Source: Escherichia coli (GTDB lineage Bacteria > Pseudomonadota > Gammaproteobacteria > Enterobacterales > Enterobacteriaceae). Taken from it: a DNA stretch of 64,000 nucleotides. Of the stretch, positions 13,145 to 24,578 are shown one piece after another. Made by a program: the position numbers and the translations under genes. The stretch's first letter is position 1. Each line of letters starts with the position of its first letter. Location: NCBI RefSeq assembly GCF_050320075.1, contig NZ_CP190018.1. The stretch is one strand, 5' to 3'. Below the pieces are notes generated by a model. It was not told where the DNA came from and did not search any database. It worked only from the letters and a program-made list of their open reading frames with translations.

Positions 13145-13801
13145 TTGATCAACGTTCTACTTGTTGATGACCACGAACTGGTGCGCGCAGGGATACGACG
13201 CATTCTGGAAGATATAAAGGGTATAAAAGTCGTCGGTGAGGCATCGTGCGGTGAAGACGCCGTTAAGTGGTGCCGGGCAAATGCCGTTGACGTGGTGCTA
13301 ATGGACATGAGTATGCCGGGCATTGGCGGTCTTGAGGCGACGCGTAAAATCGCGCGTTCCACAGCTGATGTCAAAATCATCATGCTTACCGTCCATACAG
13401 AAAACCCTTTACCAGCGAAAGTCATGCAGGCCGGTGCTGCTGGCTACCTCAGCAAAGGCGCGGCTCCGCAGGAAGTCGTGAGTGCGATCCGTTCTGTCTA
13501 TTCAGGGCAGCGTTACATTGCTTCTGACATCGCTCAACAAATGGCGTTAAGCCAGATCGAACCAGAAAAAACAGAAAGCCCATTTGCCAGTTTGTCTGAA
13601 CGTGAATTGCAGATTATGCTGATGATCACCAAGGGCCAGAAGGTCAATGAGATCTCAGAACAGCTCAATCTCAGTCCGAAAACGGTGAACAGCTACCGCT
13701 ATCGTATGTTCAGTAAACTAAACATTCATGGCGATGTTGAGCTGACTCACCTGGCAATTCGCCATGGTCTGTGTAATGCGGAGACATTATCAAGTCAGTG
13801 A
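13145..13801 (+). CDS. uvrY: response regulator UvrY (TTG start)
   Basis: 218-aa receiver + LuxR HTH protein recognised as UvrY. Confidence 0.9.
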   Translation: MINVLLVDDHELVRAGIRRILEDIKGIKVVGEASCGEDAVKWCRANAVDVVLMDMSMPGIGGLEATRKIARSTADVKIIMLTVHTENPLPAKVMQAGAAGYLSKGAAPQEVVSAIRSVYSGQRYIASDIAQQMALSQIEPEKTESPFASLSERELQIMLMITKGQKVNEISEQLNLSPKTVNSYRYRMFSKLNIHGDVELTHLAIRHGLCNAETLSSQ

Positions 13802-15630
13802 GTGATCAGTTTGACGCAAAAGCGTTTTTAAAAACCGTAACCAGCCAGCCAGGCGTTTATCGCATGTATGATGCTGGTGGTACGGTTATCTATGTCGGCA
13901 AAGCGAAAGACCTGAAAAAACGGCTTTCCAGCTATTTCCGTAGCAACCTCGCTTCGCGCAAAACCGAAGCGCTGGTCGCCCAGATCCAGCAAATTGATGT
14001 AACGGTTACTCATACAGAAACCGAAGCGCTGTTGCTGGAACACAACTACATCAAACTCTATCAGCCGCGTTACAACGTTTTGCTACGCGATGATAAATCT
14101 TATCCTTTTATCTTCCTGAGTGGCGATACCCACCCGCGTCTGGCGATGCATCGTGGTGCGAAGCATGCCAAAGGTGAATATTTCGGCCCGTTCCCGAATG
14201 GCTATGCCGTACGTGAAACACTGGCGCTACTGCAAAAGATATTCCCCATTCGCCAGTGCGAAAATAGTGTTTATCGCAATCGCTCGCGTCCGTGTCTGCA
14301 ATATCAGATAGGGCGCTGTCTGGGACCGTGCGTTGAAGGACTGGTGAGTGAAGAAGAATACGCTCAGCAGGTCGAGTATGTGCGCCTGTTTTTGTCTGGC
14401 AAAGATGATCAGGTGCTTACGCAACTCATTAGCCGTATGGAAACTGCCAGCCAGAATCTGGAGTTTGAAGAAGCGGCACGTATTCGCGACCAAATTCAGG
14501 CGGTGCGACGCGTCACCGAAAAACAGTTTGTGTCCAATACCGGCGACGACCTCGACGTTATTGGTGTGGCGTTCGATGCGGGCATGGCTTGTGTCCATGT
14601 ATTGTTCATTCGTCAGGGCAAAGTGCTCGGCAGCCGCAGCTATTTCCCGAAAGTGCCTGGCGGTACGGAACTGAGCGAGGTGGTAGAAACCTTCGTAGGT
14701 CAGTTCTATTTACAAGGCAGCCAGATGCGCACCTTACCGGGTGAGATCCTGCTCGATTTTAATCTTAGCGATAAAACGCTGCTCGCCGATTCCCTTTCAG
14801 AACTGGCGGGACGCAAGATTAATGTTCAAACCAAACCTCGCGGCGATCGGGCGCGTTATCTGAAACTCGCGCGCACCAATGCGGCGACGGCCTTAACCAG
14901 CAAACTTTCGCAGCAATCTACCGTTCACCAGCGACTGACCGCGCTTGCCAGCGTGTTGAAATTGCCGGAAGTGAAGCGGATGGAGTGCTTTGACATCAGC
15001 CATACCATGGGTGAACAAACCGTCGCTTCCTGTGTGGTGTTTGATGCTAACGGCCCGCTGCGTGCGGAGTATCGGCGCTATAACATTACTGGCATCACGC
15101 CGGGCGATGATTATGCGGCGATGAATCAGGTGCTGCGTCGGCGTTATGGTAAAGCCATCGACGACAGTAAGATCCCGGATGTGATCCTTATTGACGGCGG
15201 CAAAGGCCAGCTTGCGCAGGCGAAAAATGTCTTCGCCGAACTGGATGTCTCATGGGATAAAAATCATCCGCTGCTTCTTGGCGTTGCCAAAGGTGCAGAT
15301 AGGAAGGCAGGGTTGGAAACGCTGTTCTTTGAGCCGGAAGGTGAGGGATTCAGTTTGCCGCCAGATTCTCCCGCGCTGCATGTTATCCAGCATATTCGCG
15401 ATGAATCACACGATCACGCGATTGGCGGGCACCGTAAGAAACGGGCGAAGGTCAAAAATACCAGTTCCCTGGAAACCATTGAAGGCGTCGGGCCAAAACG
15501 TCGGCAAATGTTGTTGAAATATATGGGCGGTTTGCAAGGTTTACGTAACGCCAGCGTTGAGGATATTGCAAAAGTGCCGGGTATTTCGCAAGGTCTGGCA
15601 GAAAAGATCTTCTGGTCGTTGAAACATTGA
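13798..15630 (+). CDS. uvrC: excinuclease ABC subunit C (GTG start)
   Basis: 610-aa ORF with GIY-YIG N terminus, overlapping the uvrY stop. Confidence 0.95.
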   Translation: MSDQFDAKAFLKTVTSQPGVYRMYDAGGTVIYVGKAKDLKKRLSSYFRSNLASRKTEALVAQIQQIDVTVTHTETEALLLEHNYIKLYQPRYNVLLRDDKSYPFIFLSGDTHPRLAMHRGAKHAKGEYFGPFPNGYAVRETLALLQKIFPIRQCENSVYRNRSRPCLQYQIGRCLGPCVEGLVSEEEYAQQVEYVRLFLSGKDDQVLTQLISRMETASQNLEFEEAARIRDQIQAVRRVTEKQFVSNTGDDLDVIGVAFDAGMACVHVLFIRQGKVLGSRSYFPKVPGGTELSEVVETFVGQFYLQGSQMRTLPGEILLDFNLSDKTLLADSLSELAGRKINVQTKPRGDRARYLKLARTNAATALTSKLSQQSTVHQRLTALASVLKLPEVKRMECFDISHTMGEQTVASCVVFDANGPLRAEYRRYNITGITPGDDYAAMNQVLRRRYGKAIDDSKIPDVILIDGGKGQLAQAKNVFAELDVSWDKNHPLLLGVAKGADRKAGLETLFFEPEGEGFSLPPDSPALHVIQHIRDESHDHAIGGHRKKRAKVKNTSSLETIEGVGPKRRQMLLKYMGGLQGLRNASVEDIAKVPGISQGLAEKIFWSLKH

Positions 15631-15686
15631 TGTCTCTGTAGCAACATAGGGGTAATCTTACTGACAACAGATAGTTACCCGTCATT

Positions 15687-16235
15687 ATGCAATTTAATAT
15701 CCCTACGTTGCTTACACTGTTCCGTGTCATCCTTATCCCATTCTTTGTATTGGTCTTTTATCTGCCTGTCACCTGGTCGCCGTTTGCCGCCGCGCTCATT
15801 TTCTGCGTCGCGGCGGTGACTGACTGGTTCGATGGTTTTCTGGCACGCCGCTGGAACCAGAGTACCCGGTTTGGTGCTTTCCTTGACCCTGTAGCAGATA
15901 AAGTTCTCGTGGCTATCGCCATGGTGCTGGTAACCGAGCATTATCACAGCTGGTGGGTGACCTTACCGGCAGCAACGATGATCGCCCGTGAAATTATTAT
16001 TTCTGCGCTACGCGAATGGATGGCGGAGTTGGGTAAACGCAGTAGCGTGGCTGTCTCCTGGATTGGGAAAGTGAAAACCACCGCCCAGATGGTGGCGCTG
16101 GCCTGGCTGCTGTGGCGTCCGAACATTTGGGTTGAGTACGCCGGTATTGCACTTTTCTTTGTGGCTGCGGTACTGACTCTGTGGTCAATGTTGCAATATT
16201 TGAGCGCTGCGCGTGCAGATTTGCTTGATCAGTGA
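15687..16235 (+). CDS. pgsA: CDP-diacylglycerol--glycerol-3-phosphate 3-phosphatidyltransferase
   Basis: 182-aa membrane protein recognised as PgsA. Confidence 0.95.
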
Positions 16236-16386
16236 TCGTTTCGGCGCAATTTTCAGCAAACGATCAAAAGTGGTGAAAAATATCGTTGACTCATCGCGCC
16301 AGGTAAGTAGAATGCAACGCATCGAACGGCGGCACTGATTGCCAGACGATAATAAAATCAAGTGATTAACTGATTGCTTGATGAAT

Positions 16387-16462
<76 letters not shown>

Positions 16463-16516
16463 GTTTAAAAGGCATCGGCGTCAAGCGGATGTCTGGCTGA
16501 AAGGCCTGAAGAATTT

Positions 16517-16590
16517 GGCGCGTTAACAAAGCGGTTATGTAGCGGATTGCAAATCCGTCTAGTCCGGTTCGACTCCGGAACGCGCCTCCA
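16517..16590 (+). tRNA. cysT: tRNA-Cys (GCA)
   Basis: GGCGCGTTAACAAAGCGG...CGCGCCTCCA, anticodon GCA. Confidence 0.95.
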
Positions 16591-16602
16591 CTTTCTTCCC
16601 GA

Positions 16603-16689
16603 GCCCGGATGGTGGAATCGGTAGACACAAGGGATTTAAAATCCCTCGGCGTTCGCGCTGTGCGGGTTCAAGTCCCGCTCCGGGTACCA
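16603..16689 (+). tRNA. leuZ: tRNA-Leu (UAA)
   Basis: GCCCGGATGGTGGAATCGGTAGACACAAGGGATTTAAAATCCC...CCGGGTACCA, long variable arm, anticodon TAA. Confidence 0.95.
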
Positions 16690-16763
16690 TGGGAAAGATA
16701 AGAATAAAATCAAAGCAATAAGCAGTGTCGTGAAACCACCTTCGGGTGGTTTTTTTGTGCCTG
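16634..16763. repeat. direct repeat copy 1 (att-like): 3' 56 nt of leuZ plus ~74 bp downstream including terminator
   Basis: Near-identical to 20765..20895; begins in the leuZ anticodon loop. Confidence 0.85.
16733..16757 (+). terminator. rho-independent terminator of the glyW-cysT-leuZ operon
   Basis: AAACCACCTTCGGGTGGTTT hairpin followed by TTTTTTT. Confidence 0.7.
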
Positions 16764-16941
16764 AAATTCACGCCCTGTGCATATCCTGTGCTCACGGGGG
16801 GCAATGAGCTGCAATCTCAAGCCCGGCAATGCCGAATCGAACGTGTCGCCTCCAGCATAGAGAACCAGGCCGCTTTGCCTGTTTTCCGGTACTCTTCCGG
16901 GAAGGGGGGCCAGCTGAGCAAGCTATAATGCTCTGGCCACC

Positions 16942-17673
16942 CTAAGCACAAAGTTGCTTAATTCGTGCAATCACCTCATCTCTGTATTTCTGGTGTCCGC
17001 GCATAGCCCTTGGATGGGCTATCCTGAAACAGATTGTATGACCTGTTTTGAACTCCCATAGCTTCCCCGGAATGACTGAAGAAGTCTCATAGCCGCCTAG
17101 CTCAGTAAGCACCTGTTTTATGATGTAGTCTGTTCTCCGGGCTCCGGATGCAAAGATGGTGAAATCAGGCTCAAGGTGTTTAATTTGTACCGCCAGCAGT
17201 TTCAGCGAGGCTAATATGACTTCCTGCACTTCATTTTGAGGGCGATTGAGAGGGGGCAGTCCGTCGTAATCCCACGCCAGTAGATTGGCATACACGATAG
17301 CCTGAGGAGGAATATTAAGCTCCCGGGCCAGCCGGAAGTGATACTGCGTGAAGCGGCTACGTGATTTGTGGTTCGTGGTGCCATCATTTTGTGCCGGAAG
17401 ATGTTTCCTGTAACGATCTACAGCCTCTTCAACCACCTGCCCGATGGTGACGTCAGGTATAAGTCCCAGAACCCGTGATATCGTATTCTTACCATTCAGC
17501 GTATTCCAGCCAGCGGTTTCACGCCCAACCAGCATGATTTTTACCGGTGAGTGCCAGTATTCTTCAAAGGGCACGGGTAAAAAGACGCCTGAGTATTTAT
17601 CCTCATTCAGGTTAAATGACTGGGCGTCAACTTCCTGTAATATCCGTTTGTATGCGTCTAATAGTCTTTCCAT
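16942..17673 (-). CDS. hypothetical protein, 243 aa, with uracil-DNA-glycosylase-superfamily-like motif pattern (tentative)
   Basis: Long intact ORF; N-terminal KIMLVGRETAGW resembles UDG motif A (family 4 IMFVGEAPG), C-terminal IAHPRAMRG resembles motif B (HPxxxxR); no database search possible. Confidence 0.55.
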   Translation of the reverse strand: MERLLDAYKRILQEVDAQSFNLNEDKYSGVFLPVPFEEYWHSPVKIMLVGRETAGWNTLNGKNTISRVLGLIPDVTIGQVVEEAVDRYRKHLPAQNDGTTNHKSRSRFTQYHFRLARELNIPPQAIVYANLLAWDYDGLPPLNRPQNEVQEVILASLKLLAVQIKHLEPDFTIFASGARRTDYIIKQVLTELGGYETSSVIPGKLWEFKTGHTICFRIAHPRAMRGHQKYRDEVIARIKQLCA

Positions 17674-17753
17674 TCTTCAATCCTGCCCCGTAATAAAAAT
17701 ACCTTCAGATATATATTATTTTCATGATATCAATCAGATACATGAGGATAAAT

Positions 17754-18440
17754 ATGCAAAAATCCTTCCGATTCACCAATTCATCCATCAAAGCCCTTCC
17801 GGCAAACACAGATACCCGATCTACAGAGCTTGAGGTATCTGATACCGAAGTCATTGGCCTCAAATGCCTCTCAGGTCGAACGGGCAACAAACGTTTCCTC
17901 CTGCGCTACACATTCCACGGTACCAAAAAAAGTATCAGTATTGGCAGATTCCCTGAAATCGATGTGGGAACAGCCCGTCAGATAGCTCGTCGTCACAAGG
18001 AGGCGATTGCACTGGGAAATGACCCTAAGGCAGAGCGCGATAATTATCGGGCGATGCCAACGCTTAGTGAGTTTTTTCACCAGACCTATGTTCCGTTCAT
18101 CAAGCGCCATAAAAAGTCCTGGGATAAGGATGTTCAGCGTTTCACGCAATACATTGAACCTCGTCTGGGGAAGATACGTTACTGCGACCTTCAGGCCCGG
18201 GAAATCCAGCAGGTGCTTTTTGACATGCTTGAGGGCCGTATTCACGGCCAGCAGTATGCACCGTCTACCTGTAACAGGGCACTGGCTATTCTGAAAACCA
18301 TGGGCCGTTATGCGCTACGACAGGATGTCCTGGAGAAGAATGAAGCCGATAAGATCCCTTTGCTGAAGGAGAATAATCACCGGACGCGCTTTTTTGACGC
18401 TGATGAGATCAGGAGAATCCTTGATGCTGCGTCTCGATAA
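17754..18440 (+). pseudogene. P4-type tyrosine integrase, N-terminal fragment only (catalytic domain missing)
   Basis: MQKSFRFTNSSIKALP... arm-binding/DUF4102-like N terminus and core-binding region; ORF stops at ~228 aa versus ~400 aa expected, so the R..HxxR..Y catalytic domain is absent. Confidence 0.75.
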
Positions 18441-18454
18441 CCCAATAAAGCTGC

Positions 18455-18490
<36 letters not shown>

Positions 18491-18491
18491 C

Positions 18492-18535
<44 letters not shown>

Positions 18536-18655
18536 TTCTAAGGCTTGCTTTAATGCTAAGGCTAAATGATTTTGATATAGTAAGTTCATACTTAGCGGGC
18601 AGATGCCCACAGACATAGTACCGAAAATAAATCAGGTATTCTGCGAGATTTCAGT

Positions 18656-19984
18656 ATGAAAATAGCCAATATTAGACTTACGAATTTTAGATGTTTTGAC
18701 GAGTTTAGTGTTGATTTTGACCCAAGACTTACAGTTCTCATTGCTCGTAATGGTAGAGGGAAATCTACTCTGCTTGACGCGGTAGCATTAGCTTTAGGAC
18801 CATTTTTAACTCGTTTGCCAGGGATCAAAGGGCTAAGTTTCAAGAAAACCGATTTCCGGATCGACGAAAATGGAGACCAGCCGTCCTATATGCGAGTAAG
18901 TTGTACTAGTACAACGGGTATAACTTGGGATAGAACTGAGCGAAGAGATCTGACAAAAAAAACGTTAGGTAGCATCCCCCAAGGGGCAGCCCTTAAAGCC
19001 TTGAATGATTACGTCGATACGTTCATTGATTCTCACAATGAGAATAAACACTATACATTGCCAATTTTTGTTTATTACGGAACTGGGCGTGGAGTGTTTG
19101 ATATACCACTCAGAAAACGTGCATTTAACAAGCATTTTTCTCGATTTGAGGCCCTTGACGGTGCTCTTGAAAGCAAAACAAATTTCAAAAGATTTGTGCA
19201 ATATTTTTATTTTCTTGAAGAAAAAGAAAATAGATTACAGAAAGAGCAACGATCATTTGAAGTAGAAATCCCTGAATTAAGGGCAATACGCTTGGCTGTG
19301 GAAAAATTACTGCCAGAGTTTAGCAATATTCGCTCGGCAGTACCTGCTGGAATTATGGTCGATTGGTGTAAGCCTATTGGAAATGGTGAAACAACCATAC
19401 AAAAGCTAAGGATTGAACAACTTAGTGATGGCTATAGAACAACTTTAGCTATGGTTATGGATATTGCAGCAAGAATGGCAGAAGCTAACCCCTATTCGAG
19501 TGATCCTCTAAGTTCTGAGGGGATAATTCTCATTGATGAGGTAGATCTGCATCTGCATCCGGAATGGCAACGTGAGTTTCTCCCTAGATTAATCAACGTT
19601 TTCCCTCATCTTCAGTTCATAGTATCGACGCATTCACCATTTATCATCCAGTCTGTCAAAGAGGGGATGTTGGTCGATCTTGATAAAGATGACATTTCGG
19701 ATAGCCCCTCTTTGAATAAAGAACTCAGCATCGAAGATATTGCTGAGGGTGTAATGGGAATGGAAAAAGTTCAACGAAGTGAATTGTTTAACAAACAAGT
19801 CGCAGTTTCAGATAGATATTATCAGTTACTGAATGAAGGAAGAAGTGAAAGCGACCCAGAGGTAAGGAAGCTCTCCGCTGAGCTTGATAAATTGGAAGAG
19901 TTTTTTGGAGATAACCCAGCTTATGTAGCCTTACTTCGTGCTGAGCGCCGAAAAATAATGGGGACACAAGGAAGTAAACAATGA
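18656..19984 (+). CDS. ABC/AAA-type ATPase (RecF/SMC-like head, AAA_15/21-like), 442 aa; Septu PtuA-like candidate
   Basis: Walker A NGRGKST (K36), signature-like LSDGYR, Walker B IILIDEVD, H-loop STHSP; ~37% GC; stop overlaps the downstream start (ATGA). Confidence 0.85.
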   Translation: MKIANIRLTNFRCFDEFSVDFDPRLTVLIARNGRGKSTLLDAVALALGPFLTRLPGIKGLSFKKTDFRIDENGDQPSYMRVSCTSTTGITWDRTERRDLTKKTLGSIPQGAALKALNDYVDTFIDSHNENKHYTLPIFVYYGTGRGVFDIPLRKRAFNKHFSRFEALDGALESKTNFKRFVQYFYFLEEKENRLQKEQRSFEVEIPELRAIRLAVEKLLPEFSNIRSAVPAGIMVDWCKPIGNGETTIQKLRIEQLSDGYRTTLAMVMDIAARMAEANPYSSDPLSSEGIILIDEVDLHLHPEWQREFLPRLINVFPHLQFIVSTHSPFIIQSVKEGMLVDLDKDDISDSPSLNKELSIEDIAEGVMGMEKVQRSELFNKQVAVSDRYYQLLNEGRSESDPEVRKLSAELDKLEEFFGDNPAYVALLRAERRKIMGTQGSKQ

Positions 19985-20592
19985 GACCTGTAAATCGACC
20001 TCCATATAATGGAACTGTTTATGCAGATTATAAATCATTTTTACCTTCGCTATTAACTGCATATGGCGGATATTGTTCTTATTGTGAGCGGCCGGATAAG
20101 GTTGATGTGGAGCATGTTGTCCCAAAAACGCATGCACCACTTTTGATTACTGATTGGAACAATTTTTTACTGGGTTGCCCTCGCTGTAACCGAGATTTTA
20201 AAAAAAGTAAGAATACTCAACGTATAGGCTATGTTTGGCCAGATGTTGAGAATACATTTAATTTATTGACATACCATCCAGATGGTAGAGTAGAGCCTAA
20301 GCAGGGGCTGTCTGCCGGACTAACTGCGCAGGTACAGGCTACTATTGATTTGGTATGTCTTGATGATGGTAACCAAGTACAAAAAACTTTAAATCTTGGT
20401 AGAAGGAGATATTTTGGACTCGCGAATAAGGCCAAGACTCTTTATCTGAGTAATTTATTGAGTATTGATGAGGTCATGGATATGGCTCAGTTAGGATATT
20501 GGTCGATCTGGTATAATGTGTTTCAAGGTGTACCTGCTGTCCTTTCAGCTTTGGAGAATTCCTATCCTAATACCGCTATAAACCGCCCATGA
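19981..20592 (+). CDS. HNH endonuclease, 203 aa; Septu PtuB-like candidate
   Basis: Zinc-finger HNH pattern C32-x2-C35 ... H45 ... N60 ... C66-x2-C69; translationally coupled to the upstream ATPase. Confidence 0.85.
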   Translation: MRPVNRPPYNGTVYADYKSFLPSLLTAYGGYCSYCERPDKVDVEHVVPKTHAPLLITDWNNFLLGCPRCNRDFKKSKNTQRIGYVWPDVENTFNLLTYHPDGRVEPKQGLSAGLTAQVQATIDLVCLDDGNQVQKTLNLGRRRYFGLANKAKTLYLSNLLSIDEVMDMAQLGYWSIWYNVFQGVPAVLSALENSYPNTAINRP

Positions 20593-20764
20593 CATAGGTG
20601 AAATGAATTGGCTCAGGTGCGTACAAGGGGAAGACTTACCTGTGCAGCTTCTGTGTTCAACGTTATCCATGTCTATCTATTTACTGCCAATTACAGTAAA
20701 GTTGGTGGATAATTACAGCAAAGTGTTGCAATGGGTTGCTATGTAAATCATTGATCCTGCGTAG

Positions 20765-20895
20765 AATTTAAAATCCCTCGGCGTTCGCGCTGTGCGGGTT
20801 CAAGTACCCGCTCCGGGTACCATGGGAAAGATAAGAATAAAATCAAAGCAATAAGCAGTGTCGTGAAACCACCTTCGGGTGGTTTTTTTGTGCCT
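20765..20895. repeat. direct repeat copy 2 (att-like): partial leuZ 3' half + terminator copy with a 1-bp insertion
   Basis: Matches 16634..16763 except an extra A (CAAGTACCCGCTCC versus CAAGTCCCGCTCC). Confidence 0.85.
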
Positions 20896-21017
20896 GCAAC
20901 TTGTCGTTACACCCTCCTTAATTTTTAATCACCGGCAAAGCCACTCAAAAAGTATCTCTGTTACGGACCGACATGTAAGATAGGTGCTGGCGAGTTGAGA
21001 TCCACAAGGAAAAGCGT

Positions 21018-21683
21018 ATGAAAACGGGACCGTTAAACGAAAGTGAGTTGGAATGGCTGGACGATATTCTGACCAAATACAACACTGACCACGCCATTCT
21101 TGATGTGGCGGAGCTGGACGGTTTATTGACGGCGGTGTTGAGTTCTCCGCAAGAGATTGAACCGGCACAGTGGCTGGTTGCCGTGTGGGGTGGGGCTGAC
21201 TATGTGCCACGCTGGGCGTCAGAGAAAGAGATGACGCGCTTTATGAACCTGGCTTTTCAGCATATGGCTGATACCGCAGAGCGTCTGAACGAATTCCCGG
21301 AGCAGTTTGAGCCGTTATTCGGCTTGCGAGAAGTCGATGGCAGCGAGCTGACGATTGTTGAGGAGTGGTGCTTTGGCTATATGCGGGGCGTGGCACTTTC
21401 TGACTGGTCAACGTTGCCCGATTCGTTAAAACCAGCGCTGGAGGCGATTGCGCTGCACGGTACTGAGGAAAACTTCGAGCGGTTAGAGAAGATGTCGCCA
21501 GAAGCGTTTGAAGAGAGCGTAGATGCCATTCGACTGGCGGCGCTTGATCTACATGCGTACTGGATGGCGCATCCGCAGGAAAAAGCTGTTCAGCAACCGA
21601 TCAAAGCAGAAGAGAAACCGGGGCGTAATGATCCTTGCCCGTGCGGTAGTGGTAAGAAATTTAAGCAGTGCTGCCTGCATTAA
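21018..21683 (+). CDS. yecA: SEC-C motif protein YecA
   Basis: 221-aa ORF ending in the SEC-C metal-binding motif [13 protein letters not shown]. Confidence 0.9.
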   Translation: MKTGPLNESELEWLDDILTKYNTDHAILDVAELDGLLTAVLSSPQEIEPAQWLVAVWGGADYVPRWASEKEMTRFMNLAFQHMADTAERLNEFPEQFEPLFGLREVDGSELTIVEEWCFGYMRGVALSDWSTLPDSLKPALEAIALHGTEENFERLEKMSPEAFEESVDAIRLAALDLHAYWMAHPQEKAVQQPIKAEEKPGRNDPCPCGSGKKFKQCCLH

Positions 21684-21744
21684 GAGATCAAATTGGGTGT
21701 CAGCGTTAATTCTGGCACCCAATAAGGAATTTGAGGCTATCTGA

Positions 21745-22956
21745 TCACCCCACTTCTGGTAACAAGCCTGCTGCAATCAAAAATTGCACGCTAATCACAG
21801 CAATACCACAGAGAAACACCACCACCAGCGCCGGACGACCACCTTTCACCCGGTAACCCGCCTGAGGATTGTGCTTTCTGCTTTGCCAGGTCAACAGCGA
21901 AGGGATAATCAATGCCAGTACCGCCAGCGCCACACCGGCGTAACCCAGCGCCATCACAAATCCTCGTGGATAAAACAGTGCAAACGCCAACGGCGGCAGA
22001 AAGGTAATTGCACCAGTTTGCAATCGTCCACCAACGGTATTTGAATGCTGAAACAAATCTGCCAGATAATCAAATAAACCTAACGCAACGCCGAGAAATG
22101 ACGTGGCGAGGGCTAAATCAGCAAATAAATGCACCGCCAGCTCAACATGCGGAGAGGCCACCATTTCGCGTAATGCCTGTAACAGCCCGTTTAATCCGGC
22201 ATGATTAGCCAGCAATCCCATAAAGGTTGTTGAATCAATGCTGCCAAGCGTCGCCACCTGCCAGAAAATATATGCCACCAGGGGGATCGCACTACCGATT
22301 ATAAACACCCAGCGTAGCTTACGAATGTTGCCATCCATATAGCTGACAATACTCGGCACGCTACCGTGAAAACCAAACGACGTAAAAATCACCGGGATTG
22401 CAGATAGTGCGAGCCCCTGTTGCAACGGCAGGGTTAAAAGATTCACCTTATGAATATGCGGAAGTAGCAGTACCAGCATCACCACCAGAAAAATAATTTT
22501 GGCGCTGAACAGAAAACGGTTAAATAAATCGACCAGCGAAGTTCCGACACAAACCACGCCACCGGCAACAAAAGTGAACAACAGCACGCCAGCGGTTGCC
22601 GACATTGAAATACCTGTCCAGTCGCTGATGCTGGAAGCCAACAATTCACCAGCACCGCTGATGTATGCCGCAGTCAGAGCATACATTAAGAACATCATAC
22701 TGAAGCCCGTCAGCCACTGACCGTAGCGTCCCAGATAGCGTTTTGCCAGCGTGCCAAGACCGGTATCTGCCGGAACATGCTGGTACACCTCCAGCAGTAA
22801 TAGCGCCGTGTAGCACATCAACGCCCAAAGCCCAATTAACAAGATTAACGTGACGCTAAAACCAACACCTGCCGCAGCCAGCGGCATTGCCAGCATGCCT
22901 GCGCCAATTGTGGTTCCCGCCACGATAAAAACACTTCCCAGAGTTCTGTTTTTCAC
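21745..22956 (-). CDS. tyrP: tyrosine-specific transport protein
   Basis: 403-aa polytopic membrane protein recognised as TyrP. Confidence 0.95.
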   Translation of the reverse strand: MKNRTLGSVFIVAGTTIGAGMLAMPLAAAGVGFSVTLILLIGLWALMCYTALLLLEVYQHVPADTGLGTLAKRYLGRYGQWLTGFSMMFLMYALTAAYISGAGELLASSISDWTGISMSATAGVLLFTFVAGGVVCVGTSLVDLFNRFLFSAKIIFLVVMLVLLLPHIHKVNLLTLPLQQGLALSAIPVIFTSFGFHGSVPSIVSYMDGNIRKLRWVFIIGSAIPLVAYIFWQVATLGSIDSTTFMGLLANHAGLNGLLQALREMVASPHVELAVHLFADLALATSFLGVALGLFDYLADLFQHSNTVGGRLQTGAITFLPPLAFALFYPRGFVMALGYAGVALAVLALIIPSLLTWQSRKHNPQAGYRVKGGRPALVVVFLCGIAVISVQFLIAAGLLPEVG

Positions 22957-23145
22957 GCTTTCTTCTGTCCTGACAATCTTTATGAGTGATATCTGCGGCG
23001 CAGGTTAAGGCATAACGGCTGCTTCGTCAAACCGACGTTACATATAGTGTAAATATAAATGTACAATAAAAGCGTTTAGTTCTGCGCTGGCGCAAAGTCT
23101 TCATAAGCGGCAATCGCTACGCTAGCCTTTTTTTGAGGAGGAACG

Positions 23146-23385
23146 ATGGACTCTATTCACGGTCATGAAGTGTTAAATATGATGATTGAATCAGGTGAGC
23201 AATATACGCATGCCAGTCTGGAAGCTGCGATTAAAGCGCGTTTTGGTGAACAGGCACGTTTTCACACTTGCTCGGCAGACGGGATGACAGCGGGAGAGCT
23301 GGTAGCGTTTCTGGCAGCAAAAGGCAAATTTATACCTTCGGAAGACGGTTTTTCGACCGATCAGAGTAAGATTTGCCGTCACTGA
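23146..23385 (+). CDS. yecH: uncharacterised protein YecH
   Basis: 79-aa ORF in conserved position. Confidence 0.85.
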   Translation: MDSIHGHEVLNMMIESGEQYTHASLEAAIKARFGEQARFHTCSADGMTAGELVAFLAAKGKFIPSEDGFSTDQSKICRH

Positions 23386-23422
23386 TTTGAAACGGCGGCA
23401 GAAAACCTGCCGCCTGAGAGCA

Positions 23423-23920
23423 TTAGTTTTGTGTGTCGAGGGTAGAGAGTTCTTTGTCGATAAAATACAGACCTTCGCCGCTTTTGCCTGCCAGGCTTAA
23501 TTTATCAATAATCGATTTGAACAGTTTCTCTTCTTCATGCTGCTCAGAAACATACCATTGCAGGAAATTAAATGTTGGGTAGTCCTGATTGGTCATTGCA
23601 GCATGAGCCAGTTCGTTAATTTTCTGCGTGATTAATTGTTCGTGTTTATAGGTTTCCTGGAATAATTCATCAAGTGAGGAATATTCAGCAAACGGAGATT
23701 CAACGGTATTAATACGCGGTAAGTTGCCGGTATCAGTCAGATAATCAAACAGACGCTGCATATGCGTCATCTCTTCCTGGGCGTGGCGGCGCAGGAACGC
23801 GGCAGCACCTTCGAAGGTATGATAGCTGCACCAGGCGCTCATTTGCTGATAAAGCAGTGAAGAGTACAGTTCCAGGTTCATCTGCTCATTAAGTTTTTCA
23901 ATCATTTCTGGTTTCAGCAT
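23423..23920 (-). CDS. ftnA: ferritin FtnA
   Basis: Recognised as FtnA ([15 protein letters not shown]...); start trimmed from track ORF. Confidence 0.9.
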
Positions 23921-24090
23921 GATAGTGCTCCACAAAGGTTATATTTGTTGCTGTGGCGTCACTATAATTTGTTATTTTATTATTTGCAAAAGGTAAAATA
24001 TAAACTTCATTTATTAAAAATACGAATGGGAATAAAACGCATTACCGCTATTTATTTAATCAGCGAAGATCCCCTCGCTGATTAAAACAT

Positions 24091-24414
24091 TTAGAGAAAG
24101 ACAGGGAAGGCGGAATGATGGCACTGATATGACAAAGTGAATTCCATATTCAAACATAAGGAACCCGCAAAAAGGCTACAGTTTCCTACTGGCTGACCAA
24201 AGGGGATCGCGTGGGTATAGCCTTCCTGCTGGCATGCGCGATCGGCGATCCCGCGACTGACATAACGATCGGTATGGGCATGCTGCAAAAAAGCCTGATC
24301 ATAAACCAACCGAACAATACCTGTTGCCGCGTCAACTTCGCCCACATGAGCCTGGCGAGTAACTGTGCACCCCGCCAGCGTTATTAATGAAAGAGTCAGA
24401 ATCAGAAGTCTCAT
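24091..24414 (-). CDS. yecR: lipoprotein YecR
   Basis: 107-aa ORF with lipobox LAGC. Confidence 0.8.
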   Translation of the reverse strand: MRLLILTLSLITLAGCTVTRQAHVGEVDAATGIVRLVYDQAFLQHAHTDRYVSRGIADRACQQEGYTHAIPFGQPVGNCSLFAGSLCLNMEFTLSYQCHHSAFPVFL

Positions 24415-24578
24415 GGTCCAGCCAGAAGAGTAAAAGAAAGCACTATTTTACGCGTTACAGCGCTGCGACAATGGCCGGAAAAGACGCCTGGCAGGCGCTA
24501 TTTCTCGCCATCTGTATGTGTCAGAAATGGGGGGGCTGCTTTTTGATTATCATTTTTATAACATTAAAGGGGTATTTA

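Noticed and set aside
12958-13425. 155-aa minus-strand ORF overlapping the uvrY start
   Set aside because: Overlaps the well-supported uvrY coding region and promoter on the opposite strand; translation shows no recognisable features.
20765-20895. Possible second tRNA-Leu gene or tRNA pseudogene
   Set aside because: Only the 3' 56 nt of leuZ are present (no acceptor 5' strand or D-arm) and a 1-bp insertion disrupts the T-stem; better explained as the att-derived direct repeat of an integrated island.
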